Positions 40,372 through 50,624 of a stretch of DNA of 64,000 nucleotides are shown here, piece after piece. The DNA comes from an uncultured virus (IMG/VR IMGVR_UViG_3300020048_000047) (taxonomy: Duplodnaviria > Heunggongvirae > Uroviricota > Caudoviricetes). Under the pieces are notes generated by a model. The model did no database searches. It had not been told where the DNA came from and saw only the letters and a list, made by a program, of their open reading frames with translations. A program made the position numbers and the translations under genes. The DNA is taken from positions 1 through 64,000 of the IMG/VR virus record IMGVR_UViG_3300020048_000047, one strand, 5' to 3'. The stretch's first letter is position 1. Each line of letters opens with the position of its first letter.

Positions 40372-43300
40372 TTAAAAGTAAAATTTACTAGTGACTTGTT
40401 TTAAACCAATAATATCTAATTTAGCTTGATAGTTAATCGATTTATTATCTTTAGTAAATTCAAAATTATCTTTATTTAAATCTAAAGTTCCGCTAAAACT
40501 TTGAGATTTTTTATTTTTTAATATTTTAACTGCCATTAAATCATGATTATTATTTTTAAAATCATAAATAATTAATTTAGCATCATAATCATTGTCTAAA
40601 ACAGAACTAAAACTAATTTCAAACGAATAAGAACCAGATACTAAATCTGGACTAAATTTTCTAGTAAGATTAGCATTTATTATTAAATTTAAATCTTTAT
40701 TTTTATCTTCAACAACAATTGGTGTTGGAGGAGTAGTTGGTGCTACTGCTGGTTTCTCACTAGTTTGAACATAAACAGGTTGTTGATTAACCGAAGCAAC
40801 TTGGTCAACATTTTTAATAGTTTCTGGTCCAAGTTCTATTTTCTCAACACCATTTTCCATTTTTTCATTAAATCCATTGATTAAACTATAATCAGATGTA
40901 GTTTTGTTGTTATCAGTTACGTCTTTTTCATTTTTTGGTGGTGGTGGTGTTTTAGCAACATAATCAGCTCTAACATCATATACGTGTGAATTAGCATAGT
41001 AATTGAACGATAAAGCATTTTGTAATTTATTTATTGGGCTCTCAAGTGTCGAACCACCAATGAATTTAAATGAAAGGTTAACATTAGCTATCATCGGTTG
41101 AACCCCAATACCTTCTGGGTTAAGGTCCCATACCAATGGTTCATAATCAATACCTAAACTATCAATTACTATTTTAGTATTATAAAAATCACCAATTCTT
41201 AATATACATACAGGTGCTCTACCGAATGCTAAATTACTAGCATTCTCATTTTCTAGAGTTGGGCCTTGTCTAGTACATTGATGAAGGAATGTAAGTCTAG
41301 AATTTAAACCTTCTGGTGTTGTTGAATGGAAAGCTGGATGGAAATATTTTATCTTCTCTCTGAATTTATCAAATATAAATTCATCAGTTTGTTTTAGTTT
41401 AGTAAAATATTTAGATTCATCATAAAATCTGTTAGTTATTGTAGTTTTAACCGTTCTTGTTGCTGTTTGAGTAACTACTTCCTTAACACCTTGTGCTTCA
41501 GCGGCTAAATTAACATCATATTCAAAACGTAATACAACTTTTCTATCTTTTTTACAAGCTTCAGTATCAACGGCTGAACCAGTTTTAGGGTTACAATCGC
41601 TTTTGTCTGCTGTAATAGGTATTGATTTTCCTTTTTTAATTCTAGGATTTTTATATATCTCTAAATCAGTAGTATATAATTCTTTTTTTAATTTAGTTAA
41701 AATATACTCATTTCTTTTATCCGCTAAACTAATATTAGCATCTTCTCTTCCTTGTGGGCTAGCATAACTATCTACATAAATAACACAACTAGGACAACTG
41801 GCTTTTAGATATTTTTCAATTGCTGGTAGTAAACCAGTAGCATACCAACCAGCATACGTAGCATCACCAACTTTAATTGCTGAACGTGGCCCATTTAAAC
41901 CAAAATTATTATTATCAACCCAAGCTTGTGTTTGGCCTCTTGTTTCATCAGAAGCTATTGGTCCAGCACCTAAACCATTACCACCATTATAATTACTATA
42001 ATCTATTGAACCACCATTTTTATCTTTACCATTTTCATAAAACTCAAAACCGTCTAAAGTATGTTGGTCATTTGGGAAATATATTGAAATTGGTTCTAAT
42101 GGAAGTTCTGTTTTTAATTGATTAATTGGGATATTTTTAATATCTCTAGATTGAATATCACTAGATTCGCTTCCAGTCAAGTATTTACTAACCGCACTAT
42201 CTGGGTCAACACAACCAGCAAAAAATGAAGCCATATAATGGTCATCTGGCCCAGCAGTTTTACCAAATACACCACCGTCTCTTAGAGCATTAACATATGT
42301 CGGATGGTCAACAATAATCTTAAAATTAAGTGTACCACTTCTTTCAGTATTATTATAAGTATAAATGTTTTCACCTCTACCGATAAAACTATTACTTTCC
42401 CAATTAACACTTACATTTTCATTAAATGTAATATCATAAGGTGGGAACCACATAATCCTACCATGTTTACCAGAAATTAAATCACCTGGTCCTTTTTCTA
42501 CTGGTAATAAATTATCAAACATATCATGCCAAGCTAAATTCTCAATAGATAACATATATTTTTTTGCATCGACTACCGTTAAATTATCAGTATCATATGG
42601 TGCTATCTTAACAAAACCAGTATCTTCTAATACACTACCACCTTTGTAATTTTCTCTAAATGGCATAGAAACACCATCATTATCTAAACCACGATGTCTT
42701 ACTAATTTATTAACTTGATTATATCTATAAGTCGTGGTCCAAGCTCTACAATAAGTTTCTTCAGCTGTTTTATTTTTAGTAATTCCATCCCAAATACCTG
42801 TTGAATTACCATTAGCGTCTTTAGTAAATCTGTCCCCCCTTAATACTGGATTACCCTTTGAAATACCACCACCAACTACAGCTGTTTGTAATTGATTTGG
42901 AGTGATATCCATATTACCCTTACTTGATACAATACTTTTCATTCCAGTACTATCAAATAATTTTTGAGTTTTATCGATTAAACTTTTTCTGTCAGCAAGT
43001 CTTATTGGTTTTACTACTGGCTCTATATAATTTTTTTTATCATCATATTTACCACTAATATTTAAAGCTTTAGGCTTATCAGATGTCCAAGTAAAACTAG
43101 GTGTTTTAATATTACTTTCGTTATAACTACCAAAACCCATATTTTCAAAATCTGGAAATCCAGATTGTCTAGTTCTTTCTAATCTATCAACATTGAAATT
43201 TGGAATAGCACCATATGATGTACTTGTTAATATGTTACTAATCGACCCATTTTCATTACTATAAGCATATATTCGATTACCATTGATTTGTTTAACATGC

Positions 43301-44574
43301 TTATGGTCTTCATACCCTGGTGCGTAACCACTTCTAAATGATGATGTCGTTAAAGGATTATCATATGAACCTGTTCCTTCTATATTAGCTTTAGCATTTT
43401 TAACCAATGCAACAAGTTGCCCTTTTCCCGTATTTTGAAGCATACTGTTGGCTCTTTGTACATTTCCGATGTTACCACCACTTTCGCTCTGGAAAATTGA
43501 ACCAGAGTCATTTAAATAGCTTTTAGGAAGGGTAAAACCTAATAACCCAGCAGCTGTATCTGCAATCTTAGCAAATGTACCAGAAGGTACTGTAATTTGA
43601 TAATTAGGTCTAAAACCAGCTAGTGTACCAGTTTTAATAAGACTTAATACATTATCTTGAACATTTAATTTACCTAATAATTCTTGTTGAACGTTGAATG
43701 CTGCATTATTTGCTAATGCTAATGTCAATTGTTGTCCACCTATCATACCTAATCTAGTATCATCAATAGCACCAGCCATACCTAATACTCTACCAGCTAG
43801 TGAAGACCTTAAATCAAAACTATTTGAAGTACCTATGGTACCCTTACTGTTGCTTGATAAACCTAAACCACCACCTAAAACACTACCAATAGTATTGATA
43901 TTACTAACATCATTCGCTTTGCCTTTATTACCGAAGTTTAATTTACCGTATTTATCTAAATAACCTTCTTTTGTTTCTTCAGCACTTTTTTTATGTACAG
44001 ATAAATATTCTGCATATGAATTGGCATCATCAATATAATTAGCCATATCATGTTGGTCTTGAGGATTTAAATATAAATTGATTAGACTAGCATCACTTGC
44101 ATTGGTTGGTTTGTTTTTACTACTCATAGCAATTGATTTAGCTAATAAACCATATTTAGTTACTTCTTCATTTGGTTTTTCTGGATATGATTGACTACCT
44201 TGAGGATAATCAACATCACCATATGGACCTTGTAATTGAGTTACAGTTTCAATATTAACTAAATCATCATTAGTTGATGATAAATTTTTAAATTTATTTG
44301 GAAGTATATTAATTTCATAAAATAAAATACCATTGGTTTCTATTGGAAAGAAATTAGGTATTTGATTAACACCACCAGAACCTGTATCAGTAAATGGTTC
44401 ACCAACATGTGGTGATTGAATATTATTTAATTTAGCAAATGAATCAACAGTACCGAATTGAGTAGGGGTTAAATTCTTTAATAGAAGAAAATCTCTAATT
44501 CCAAAACTAACAGCAATATCATTGATATTATTCTTAGTTCCTGGTGTAGGGGATGTTGTATTGTAGTATGGCAT
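40372..44574 (-). CDS. Tail tube initiator / baseplate protein with an OmpA-like domain
   Basis: 1400 aa. WESNSFIGRGENIYTYNNTERSGTLNF and APVCILRIGDFY (tube-initiator-like) flank IYFPND..YASPQG..NISLADKR..DRKV (OmpA_C-like). Confidence 0.65.
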   Translation of the reverse strand: MPYYNTTSPTPGTKNNINDIAVSFGIRDFLLLKNLTPTQFGTVDSFAKLNNIQSPHVGEPFTDTGSGGVNQIPNFFPIETNGILFYEINILPNKFKNLSSTNDDLVNIETVTQLQGPYGDVDYPQGSQSYPEKPNEEVTKYGLLAKSIAMSSKNKPTNASDASLINLYLNPQDQHDMANYIDDANSYAEYLSVHKKSAEETKEGYLDKYGKLNFGNKGKANDVSNINTIGSVLGGGLGLSSNSKGTIGTSNSFDLRSSLAGRVLGMAGAIDDTRLGMIGGQQLTLALANNAAFNVQQELLGKLNVQDNVLSLIKTGTLAGFRPNYQITVPSGTFAKIADTAAGLLGFTLPKSYLNDSGSIFQSESGGNIGNVQRANSMLQNTGKGQLVALVKNAKANIEGTGSYDNPLTTSSFRSGYAPGYEDHKHVKQINGNRIYAYSNENGSISNILTSTSYGAIPNFNVDRLERTRQSGFPDFENMGFGSYNESNIKTPSFTWTSDKPKALNISGKYDDKKNYIEPVVKPIRLADRKSLIDKTQKLFDSTGMKSIVSSKGNMDITPNQLQTAVVGGGISKGNPVLRGDRFTKDANGNSTGIWDGITKNKTAEETYCRAWTTTYRYNQVNKLVRHRGLDNDGVSMPFRENYKGGSVLEDTGFVKIAPYDTDNLTVVDAKKYMLSIENLAWHDMFDNLLPVEKGPGDLISGKHGRIMWFPPYDITFNENVSVNWESNSFIGRGENIYTYNNTERSGTLNFKIIVDHPTYVNALRDGGVFGKTAGPDDHYMASFFAGCVDPDSAVSKYLTGSESSDIQSRDIKNIPINQLKTELPLEPISIYFPNDQHTLDGFEFYENGKDKNGGSIDYSNYNGGNGLGAGPIASDETRGQTQAWVDNNNFGLNGPRSAIKVGDATYAGWYATGLLPAIEKYLKASCPSCVIYVDSYASPQGREDANISLADKRNEYILTKLKKELYTTDLEIYKNPRIKKGKSIPITADKSDCNPKTGSAVDTEACKKDRKVVLRFEYDVNLAAEAQGVKEVVTQTATRTVKTTITNRFYDESKYFTKLKQTDEFIFDKFREKIKYFHPAFHSTTPEGLNSRLTFLHQCTRQGPTLENENASNLAFGRAPVCILRIGDFYNTKIVIDSLGIDYEPLVWDLNPEGIGVQPMIANVNLSFKFIGGSTLESPINKLQNALSFNYYANSHVYDVRADYVAKTPPPPKNEKDVTDNNKTTSDYSLINGFNEKMENGVEKIELGPETIKNVDQVASVNQQPVYVQTSEKPAVAPTTPPTPIVVEDKNKDLNLIINANLTRKFSPDLVSGSYSFEISFSSVLDNDYDAKLIIYDFKNNNHDLMAVKILKNKKSQSFSGTLDLNKDNFEFTKDNKSINYQAKLDIIGLKQVTSKFYF

Positions 44575-44800
44575 AGATTATTTATTTATATATAAATACT
44601 ATTGTACTTCAATTTTTAAGAAAATAAATGGTATTGAGATTGGTATAAATAAAAAAAGACACAATATGTGCCTTATTTATTTATTTATTTATTTATTATA
44701 TATTTTATTATAAATAATTAATTATTAATNNNNNNNNNNGCAAATTTACGGTTTTTTTTTGACAAAAACAAGTATTTCAACAATTATTTTCAATATATTT
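44575..44800. other. AT-rich low-complexity intergenic region with an assembly gap (N at 44730-44739)
   Basis: (TTAT)n tract, near-zero GC, scaffold Ns. Confidence 0.8.
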
Positions 44801-44802
44801 TA

Positions 44803-47334
44803 TTAACTTGGTTTAATTTTTTGATTTTTATTTCTATCAATACTTGAATTAACAGCATTTACAATAGTATTTTTAACTTGATTATTATTTGATATAAGTT
44901 CAGATAATTCTTTTGCACTTTGACCACTACTACCATTAACAGTTACTTCAACCTTAACTTTTACATCATCAAATGTATGATTAATAGTACCAGACGTATT
45001 ATTTCCCTTTAATGCATTATCAACTGGACCCTTAGGTTTAAATGCCATTAGGTCATCTTTATTATCAATTGGAGTTATCTTTCCACCCTGGACAATACCT
45101 CTACCTTTAGAATAATCACTACCAAGTGCTTTATTAAAATCACCAATTGAACTTTTAATTGAGGCAACACCATCATGAATAGGTGAACCAAACATTGCGT
45201 CACCTTGTGCTTCACTAGTTTCATCTTTAGATTTATAAGCCATATATCCACCAGCTAAACCACCAATCAATGCACCAACACCCATACCAATAGGACCTAA
45301 CATAGCACCCATAGCGGCACCTTGAAGTGCACCAGCAGCACCCTTACCAAGAATATTGGCAGTACTTCCTTTGTCAGTTGTAGCATCAACACCAGCCCCT
45401 AATAAAACACCACCAATACCCAAACCACCAGCTATTGCAGCACCTTTCATTCCACTACCACCACCAACAGCACGAAGACCACCAGCCATACCACCCATAC
45501 CACCAGCTCCACCACCAGCTAGTTGAAAACCTTTAGCCAAAGCCATACCGTTAAGTATCCATTGAGCAGCACTTAAAATACCTTTACCAAGTAAAACCGT
45601 TATTAATGTTCCTTTTGGACCAAGATATAACGCCATTTCAGCTATCGTTTTTATTACACCAGCACCAAATTTAACAAATTCACCAATTTCTTTACCTAGA
45701 GTTTTCATGTCCTTTTTAAAATCTTTACTAGCAAAAACATCTTTAATCAATGGGCCTAATACTTCATTCAACCCATCTGATATTGGAAGTAAAGTAGTTT
45801 TAATCATATTGATTAAATTCGTTACCTTTTCGTCAAAACTTTGTGCATCTTTTGCTCTTGCTTCAAGTGATTTTTTTTCTTTAATTTGTGCAGCAATAGT
45901 AGCATTATAACTAACACCCAAATCTTTAATGAATTTTTTATCTCCTTTTACATCAATAACATATGCTTCACCCTTCTCATTGAATTGAGCAGTTGCGGCC
46001 AAGAATTCTTGTTCATCTTTTCCAAACTTAAAACCACCTTGTCTTTTAATCTCAGTCATTTTACGTGCATTCTTACCAGCTGTTGCTAAATCCTCATAAG
46101 CAACACCAGTTTGTTCAGCTATTTTACGCAATCTATGCATTTCCATTGCTGATATTTCAAACTCACCCTTGGTTTTATTAAAACTAACAGCAGATTCGGA
46201 AGCTTCACCTAATGCTTTAGTAAGACCTTCCATATCATTACGAGCCATATACATAAGTTTGAATGGGTCAGCTAATTGTGCCCATTTACCACCCATAACT
46301 TGCAATTGTGCTGACATATCGACAGCACCTTCAATATCAAATAATTTATCAGCCATTCCACTAGCAAATTCCATTGAAACACCTAATTTAGTAACTGTTT
46401 CAGCCATTTTTGCTAAACCCTTAACACCATTCTTAAAATTGTATTTATTAAGCATTTTGATGTTGCTCTGAATGTTTTTAATAACCTTGGTAGCATTAAG
46501 GCCCATTGAACTAGAATCATTCATCGTTTGTTCAACAAATTTACTAGTACGTTCAGCGGAAAGACCTTGATTATCCATTTCACCAGCTAGTTTAGCTGCA
46601 CCTTCTACACCAAGACTAGTAGCAGCAGCTAAAGCACTCATAGATTTAAGTCCAGCATCACCTAACATTACAGTTCTACCTAATTCTTCACTATATGAAC
46701 TTTGTAATTTAGCCAATTCTTGAACACCCATTCCCCATTCATTGGTAGTTAATGCGGCTTCTCTTACTGTATCATTAAAACCTCTAGCTTGACTACCCAA
46801 TAAACCCATTTCAAGGGTTGATTTTTTAATGGCTTTATCCATTTCAAAAATACCAAGCGATTTAATTTTACCAAAAGAATCTTGAACTAGTCCAGGTAAT
46901 TTATTAAAACCTTTAATTAATCCAACAGTCATACTAGCAAAAGTCATTTTTGCAACCTTAGCTTCTTTTACAACTTCTTTAAGTTCATCTGATTGTTTCT
47001 GTAATTCACCAGTAATTTCTTTTAATACCTCTAATTTTTTTCTTGCTAATTTAAAAGCTTCTAAATCACGATTAGCAAATGCTTCACTAATTTCTTTTTG
47101 TAATTCACCTTCTTTCTTTTTATTCTCATTTATAGTTTTTTGAGTTTTAGATAACGTTTTTAACGCTTCCAAATAACCATCTAACCCACTATTAACCTCT
47201 TGTTGTAGTTTAGCTTGTTTAATAAAGGCATTTTTAATTTCAGCCCTAGATTTTGCTTCTAGAGCAGCGGCAGCTGTAATCGCTTGTTGGGCAGCTAAAA
47301 AAGCTTGTATTTGTGCTGGTGTTAATGGTGGCAT
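44803..47334 (-). CDS. Tape measure protein
   Basis: 843 aa. Helical and Ala/Lys-rich, with Gly/Ala hydrophobic C-terminal repeats (GAAMGAMLGPIGMGVGALIGG). Lies downstream of the tube and chaperone genes. Confidence 0.8.
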   Translation of the reverse strand: MPPLTPAQIQAFLAAQQAITAAAALEAKSRAEIKNAFIKQAKLQQEVNSGLDGYLEALKTLSKTQKTINENKKKEGELQKEISEAFANRDLEAFKLARKKLEVLKEITGELQKQSDELKEVVKEAKVAKMTFASMTVGLIKGFNKLPGLVQDSFGKIKSLGIFEMDKAIKKSTLEMGLLGSQARGFNDTVREAALTTNEWGMGVQELAKLQSSYSEELGRTVMLGDAGLKSMSALAAATSLGVEGAAKLAGEMDNQGLSAERTSKFVEQTMNDSSSMGLNATKVIKNIQSNIKMLNKYNFKNGVKGLAKMAETVTKLGVSMEFASGMADKLFDIEGAVDMSAQLQVMGGKWAQLADPFKLMYMARNDMEGLTKALGEASESAVSFNKTKGEFEISAMEMHRLRKIAEQTGVAYEDLATAGKNARKMTEIKRQGGFKFGKDEQEFLAATAQFNEKGEAYVIDVKGDKKFIKDLGVSYNATIAAQIKEKKSLEARAKDAQSFDEKVTNLINMIKTTLLPISDGLNEVLGPLIKDVFASKDFKKDMKTLGKEIGEFVKFGAGVIKTIAEMALYLGPKGTLITVLLGKGILSAAQWILNGMALAKGFQLAGGGAGGMGGMAGGLRAVGGGSGMKGAAIAGGLGIGGVLLGAGVDATTDKGSTANILGKGAAGALQGAAMGAMLGPIGMGVGALIGGLAGGYMAYKSKDETSEAQGDAMFGSPIHDGVASIKSSIGDFNKALGSDYSKGRGIVQGGKITPIDNKDDLMAFKPKGPVDNALKGNNTSGTINHTFDDVKVKVEVTVNGSSGQSAKELSELISNNNQVKNTIVNAVNSSIDRNKNQKIKPS

Positions 47335-47335
47335 A

Positions 47336-48760
47336 TTATTTAATCGGTTTTAAATTTGTTTTAGTTGTATTTTTTTTATCTTTAATCCTATAACCCTCAG
47401 ATTGTCTAGATATTTTAATCTGAACATCATTAGCTGTAAATTCTTCTTTAGCACCCGTATTTTTATCGTAAATATATTTCACTACATCGCAATTAAAAAC
47501 ATCTTCGGTTTCAGTAGATGTTTTAATCAGTATTTTATATTTTGATTGTACATCTTTTAAAACTCTATATTTATCGTTTGTTTTATAATTTCTAACTAAT
47601 ATTTTATAAACCTTATCTGGATTTCTGGTAAAAATTTCATTTTTACCATTTTCAATATAATTTATAGTAATAGGAACCAATGGTGTATATTCAATGGATT
47701 GTCCATTAATAAATTCTGCATTTAAATCATCATGAATTTTATTTAATCCGTAATGATTTAATAGTTGAAGTGTAGGTAAAATACCACTACCAGTTGCTTT
47801 TTTATCTTTGCTAGCTGCTATTAAATAATCCATAAAACTTGGATGTTTATAAAATGCGGATTTTAAAATAGGGTCTTTTAAAATCATATCTAAACTATTT
47901 TTAACATCTGCTTTTAATTCTTCTGGTGTTTTTTCAACTAATGGTTTTTCTTCATCATCTTCAGTCGGTTCTTGATTAGATACTTGATTAGGCTTATTCA
48001 ATGGTTTTTCTTTTGGTTTAGCTCTTTCTGACATATCTAAGTTAGCAATTCCCAACTGAAATTCTTGTTTGTTTTCTTCTTCACCTCTTTTAGCGGCATT
48101 GGCCATTAAATAAATCCCTTTATCTGTTTCTAAAAATGGACTATATTCCAAATCAACACTTACTATAAGTGGTTGTTCTTTACTACCTTGTTTAACTAAT
48201 TCAAAAACAACCATTTCTGGTGTTTTATTTATTACAGTACCATCATATTTCTTTTTACTTAAAGTATCAATATAAATTTCTTCACCATTATGGATTTCTT
48301 TCATAATATCGTAATATCTATCCAATAATTCTTCTTTTGTTGTATCTAAATCGTGTTCAAGTTCTTGGCTATCCATAACCCTATCAGATTTAACATCTTC
48401 TTCATTGGCAAATAATTTTATATCGGTAACATTATTAACAACTAATTTACCGCAACTACCAAAATTAATAGTAATTTGATTTCCATAAAGAATTGTATCA
48501 AAATTAGCGGTAGTCTTACAACCTTTAGTTTTTGTACCTGGGTTTACATCCATAAATCCCTTATGGCCATTCTCGTTAAACAATTTAATTAAAAATTCAT
48601 TTTCATCACCAGTTTTTTGCCTTTGAACTATTGCAAAAAACTGTGCATTAGGATTATCATTAAAAAGTGCCGATAACGAAATTGGCTTTGGTGCTTGTCT
48701 AGCTTCTTCAATATATTCTTCTAAAGCTTTATACTGTGCTTCGGTTAGTCTAATTTTCAT
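47336..48760 (-). CDS. Hypothetical protein with MKIRLTEAQY N-terminal motif
   Basis: Likely start at 48760; ATATTTAT motif at 48776-48783. Confidence 0.65.
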   Translation of the reverse strand: MKIRLTEAQYKALEEYIEEARQAPKPISLSALFNDNPNAQFFAIVQRQKTGDENEFLIKLFNENGHKGFMDVNPGTKTKGCKTTANFDTILYGNQITINFGSCGKLVVNNVTDIKLFANEEDVKSDRVMDSQELEHDLDTTKEELLDRYYDIMKEIHNGEEIYIDTLSKKKYDGTVINKTPEMVVFELVKQGSKEQPLIVSVDLEYSPFLETDKGIYLMANAAKRGEEENKQEFQLGIANLDMSERAKPKEKPLNKPNQVSNQEPTEDDEEKPLVEKTPEELKADVKNSLDMILKDPILKSAFYKHPSFMDYLIAASKDKKATGSGILPTLQLLNHYGLNKIHDDLNAEFINGQSIEYTPLVPITINYIENGKNEIFTRNPDKVYKILVRNYKTNDKYRVLKDVQSKYKILIKTSTETEDVFNCDVVKYIYDKNTGAKEEFTANDVQIKISRQSEGYRIKDKKNTTKTNLKPIK

Positions 48761-48790
48761 GTTGTTACTTTTGTTATAAATATCATTAAA

Positions 48791-48828
48791 ATGAAAAATA
48801 CCTATGGAAGTCATAGGTATTTGTTCAT
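48791..48828 (-). terminator. Terminator-like hairpin
   Basis: AAATACCTATG-GAAGT-CATAGGTATTT immediately after the stop at 48832. Confidence 0.65.
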
Positions 48829-48831
48829 TTA

Positions 48832-49117
48832 TTATTTAAGTGGTATTTGACCAGATGCCATTTTCGATTTTAAAGCGTTTCCGCTAACTTTGGTTTGTCT
48901 TGAACCTTTGGCACCTTTACTCTTACTTTCTTCATTCATTTGTTCAATTTGTTCCTCTCTTTTTTGATTTTCTCTAGTCAATAACCCTATGAAAAATCTT
49001 CGTTCATATGTCGGCATTGCTAAAACATCTGAATATGTGAAACCTTTTAAATGTTGAGTACAAATATAAATTTCTTCTAATAACGGTACTTTATAGTCTA
49101 TTGTTAGGCCAAAAAAA
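48832..49117 (-). CDS. gp51-like tail/baseplate assembly chaperone, probably expressed by frameshift from the upstream ORF
   Basis: EEIYICTQHLKGFTYSDVLAMPTYERRFFI resembles gp51/gpT-type chaperones. There is no ATG before this conserved segment; the ORF overlaps the upstream ORF across a T7 run. Confidence 0.65.
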
Positions 49118-50497
49118 GTTGAAGTTAAGCGGAAGAAAGGTGGCAAGAGACTCACCTCCAGGAGTCTTAACCTCGATGTTCATATCTAAGCCGCTTTCAA
49201 TCTGTGTAATATAATCAGTTAATTCTTTTGCGTCTCTAAGTCTAATGCAACTAGCAAAATCTTTAATATTATTTTTATTTCTATCACCATTAACTTCAAC
49301 GATAAGCTTTTCTAAATTATAAGTCGATGCATTGTTAATTGGATAGTTATTTTCTTTATCTAACTCTAATTGTCTTTCGATAGCATCAGAATCACCACAA
49401 GTTAATAATTTAAATTTAATGTGAATTTTAGATAATGGAAAAACAAAATCAAATAAACCCTCTTCATCTGGTTCCACACCTAATTTTTTAGTTTTAAGTG
49501 TATTTAAGTTAACATCAACATCGAATGGTTCATCATTTTCATCTAATAATGTAATTGGATACATTTCTCCATATCCAGTTGCTCTTAACCAAATCATAAT
49601 AGCATTTCTATCACCAACATGTAAATCTTTATATCTTAGACTTGGTTCTAGAATTTTTCTATTTATAAGAATTTCTAAAAATTGTCCAGATTTTAATAAA
49701 TTAGGACTTGTAAGAATATTTTCGTCAGCAGTTGTCATATAAGCAACCCTAATGTTAGCTTTTTTATCACGATATAATTTACCTTCTGATGGCAACGGAA
49801 TGACATCGAATGGTGCGTTATAATTAGGTTGACTTATTTCTAAAATATATGGGTCAATTGTTGGAATGTTTTGACCATAATTTACTGGTTGAGCTACTGG
49901 AGCTATAACTGGCGAAGTAGCTGATGGAAAAGAAACTGGATGAGTGTAATTAGGTGTTCCAGAAGTGTTTTGGTTCATAGTTGGTTGAGTTGTTTGTTGT
50001 ATACCTTGATATAACCCAGTGTTGGTTGCATCATTGGTATTATTTCTAGCAGAAGCTTCATTAGCTTTTACTTGATATCTTTCGATATTTTCTTTATTAA
50101 TTCTTAATTGTTCATCACGAAGTCTCATTTGTTCCTCGTTTTTCTCTCTTGAGATATCTTCAGCAGTTTTTACACTACCTTGTCTAGCTTTTGGTTTTTC
50201 AGCCAATTCTGGGTATTGAATAACACCACCTTGTTGTCTAATTTCCATTTCTTGTAAGGCTCTTTGTCTCATTGCTTCTAGACTATCATTTTGTCTAACA
50301 TAATCATAACTTTCGTTATCCATATTAGAACTTACTTTAACACTAGAATAAATGTCACTTGTAGCTTGTAATTTTTCAGCTTGAAACGATTCGAACCTTT
50401 CGGCATCAGTTAATTGATGTTGAGGTTGAATTTGTGGTTGTTCTGGTTGTGATTGTTGTGTCGTTTTTGGAAAAACGTTTGGTTTTTTATCTGCCAT
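49091..50497 (-). CDS. gp26-like baseplate hub / tail assembly chaperone with Gln-rich N-terminal extension
   Basis: LPSEGKLY..YMTTADENIL..LHVGDRNAIMIWLRATGYG...NFFWP. Confidence 0.75.
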   Translation of the reverse strand: MADKKPNVFPKTTQQSQPEQPQIQPQHQLTDAERFESFQAEKLQATSDIYSSVKVSSNMDNESYDYVRQNDSLEAMRQRALQEMEIRQQGGVIQYPELAEKPKARQGSVKTAEDISREKNEEQMRLRDEQLRINKENIERYQVKANEASARNNTNDATNTGLYQGIQQTTQPTMNQNTSGTPNYTHPVSFPSATSPVIAPVAQPVNYGQNIPTIDPYILEISQPNYNAPFDVIPLPSEGKLYRDKKANIRVAYMTTADENILTSPNLLKSGQFLEILINRKILEPSLRYKDLHVGDRNAIMIWLRATGYGEMYPITLLDENDEPFDVDVNLNTLKTKKLGVEPDEEGLFDFVFPLSKIHIKFKLLTCGDSDAIERQLELDKENNYPINNASTYNLEKLIVEVNGDRNKNNIKDFASCIRLRDAKELTDYITQIESGLDMNIEVKTPGGESLATFLPLNFNFFWPNNRL

Positions 50498-50572
50498 TTT
50501 AAAACTTGTTTATTAATTGTTATAACTTTATTGATAAATATATGAATCCTAATTTTTTTGTAAATAGAGTAT

Positions 50573-50601
50573 AAAAAAAAAGCCACTTAGTAGTGGCTTT
50601 T
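50573..50601 (-). terminator. Rho-independent terminator
   Basis: A-tract-AGCCACT-TAGT-AGTGGCT-TTT. Confidence 0.75.
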
Positions 50602-50624
50602 AATTATATTTTAGTTTAAAAAGG

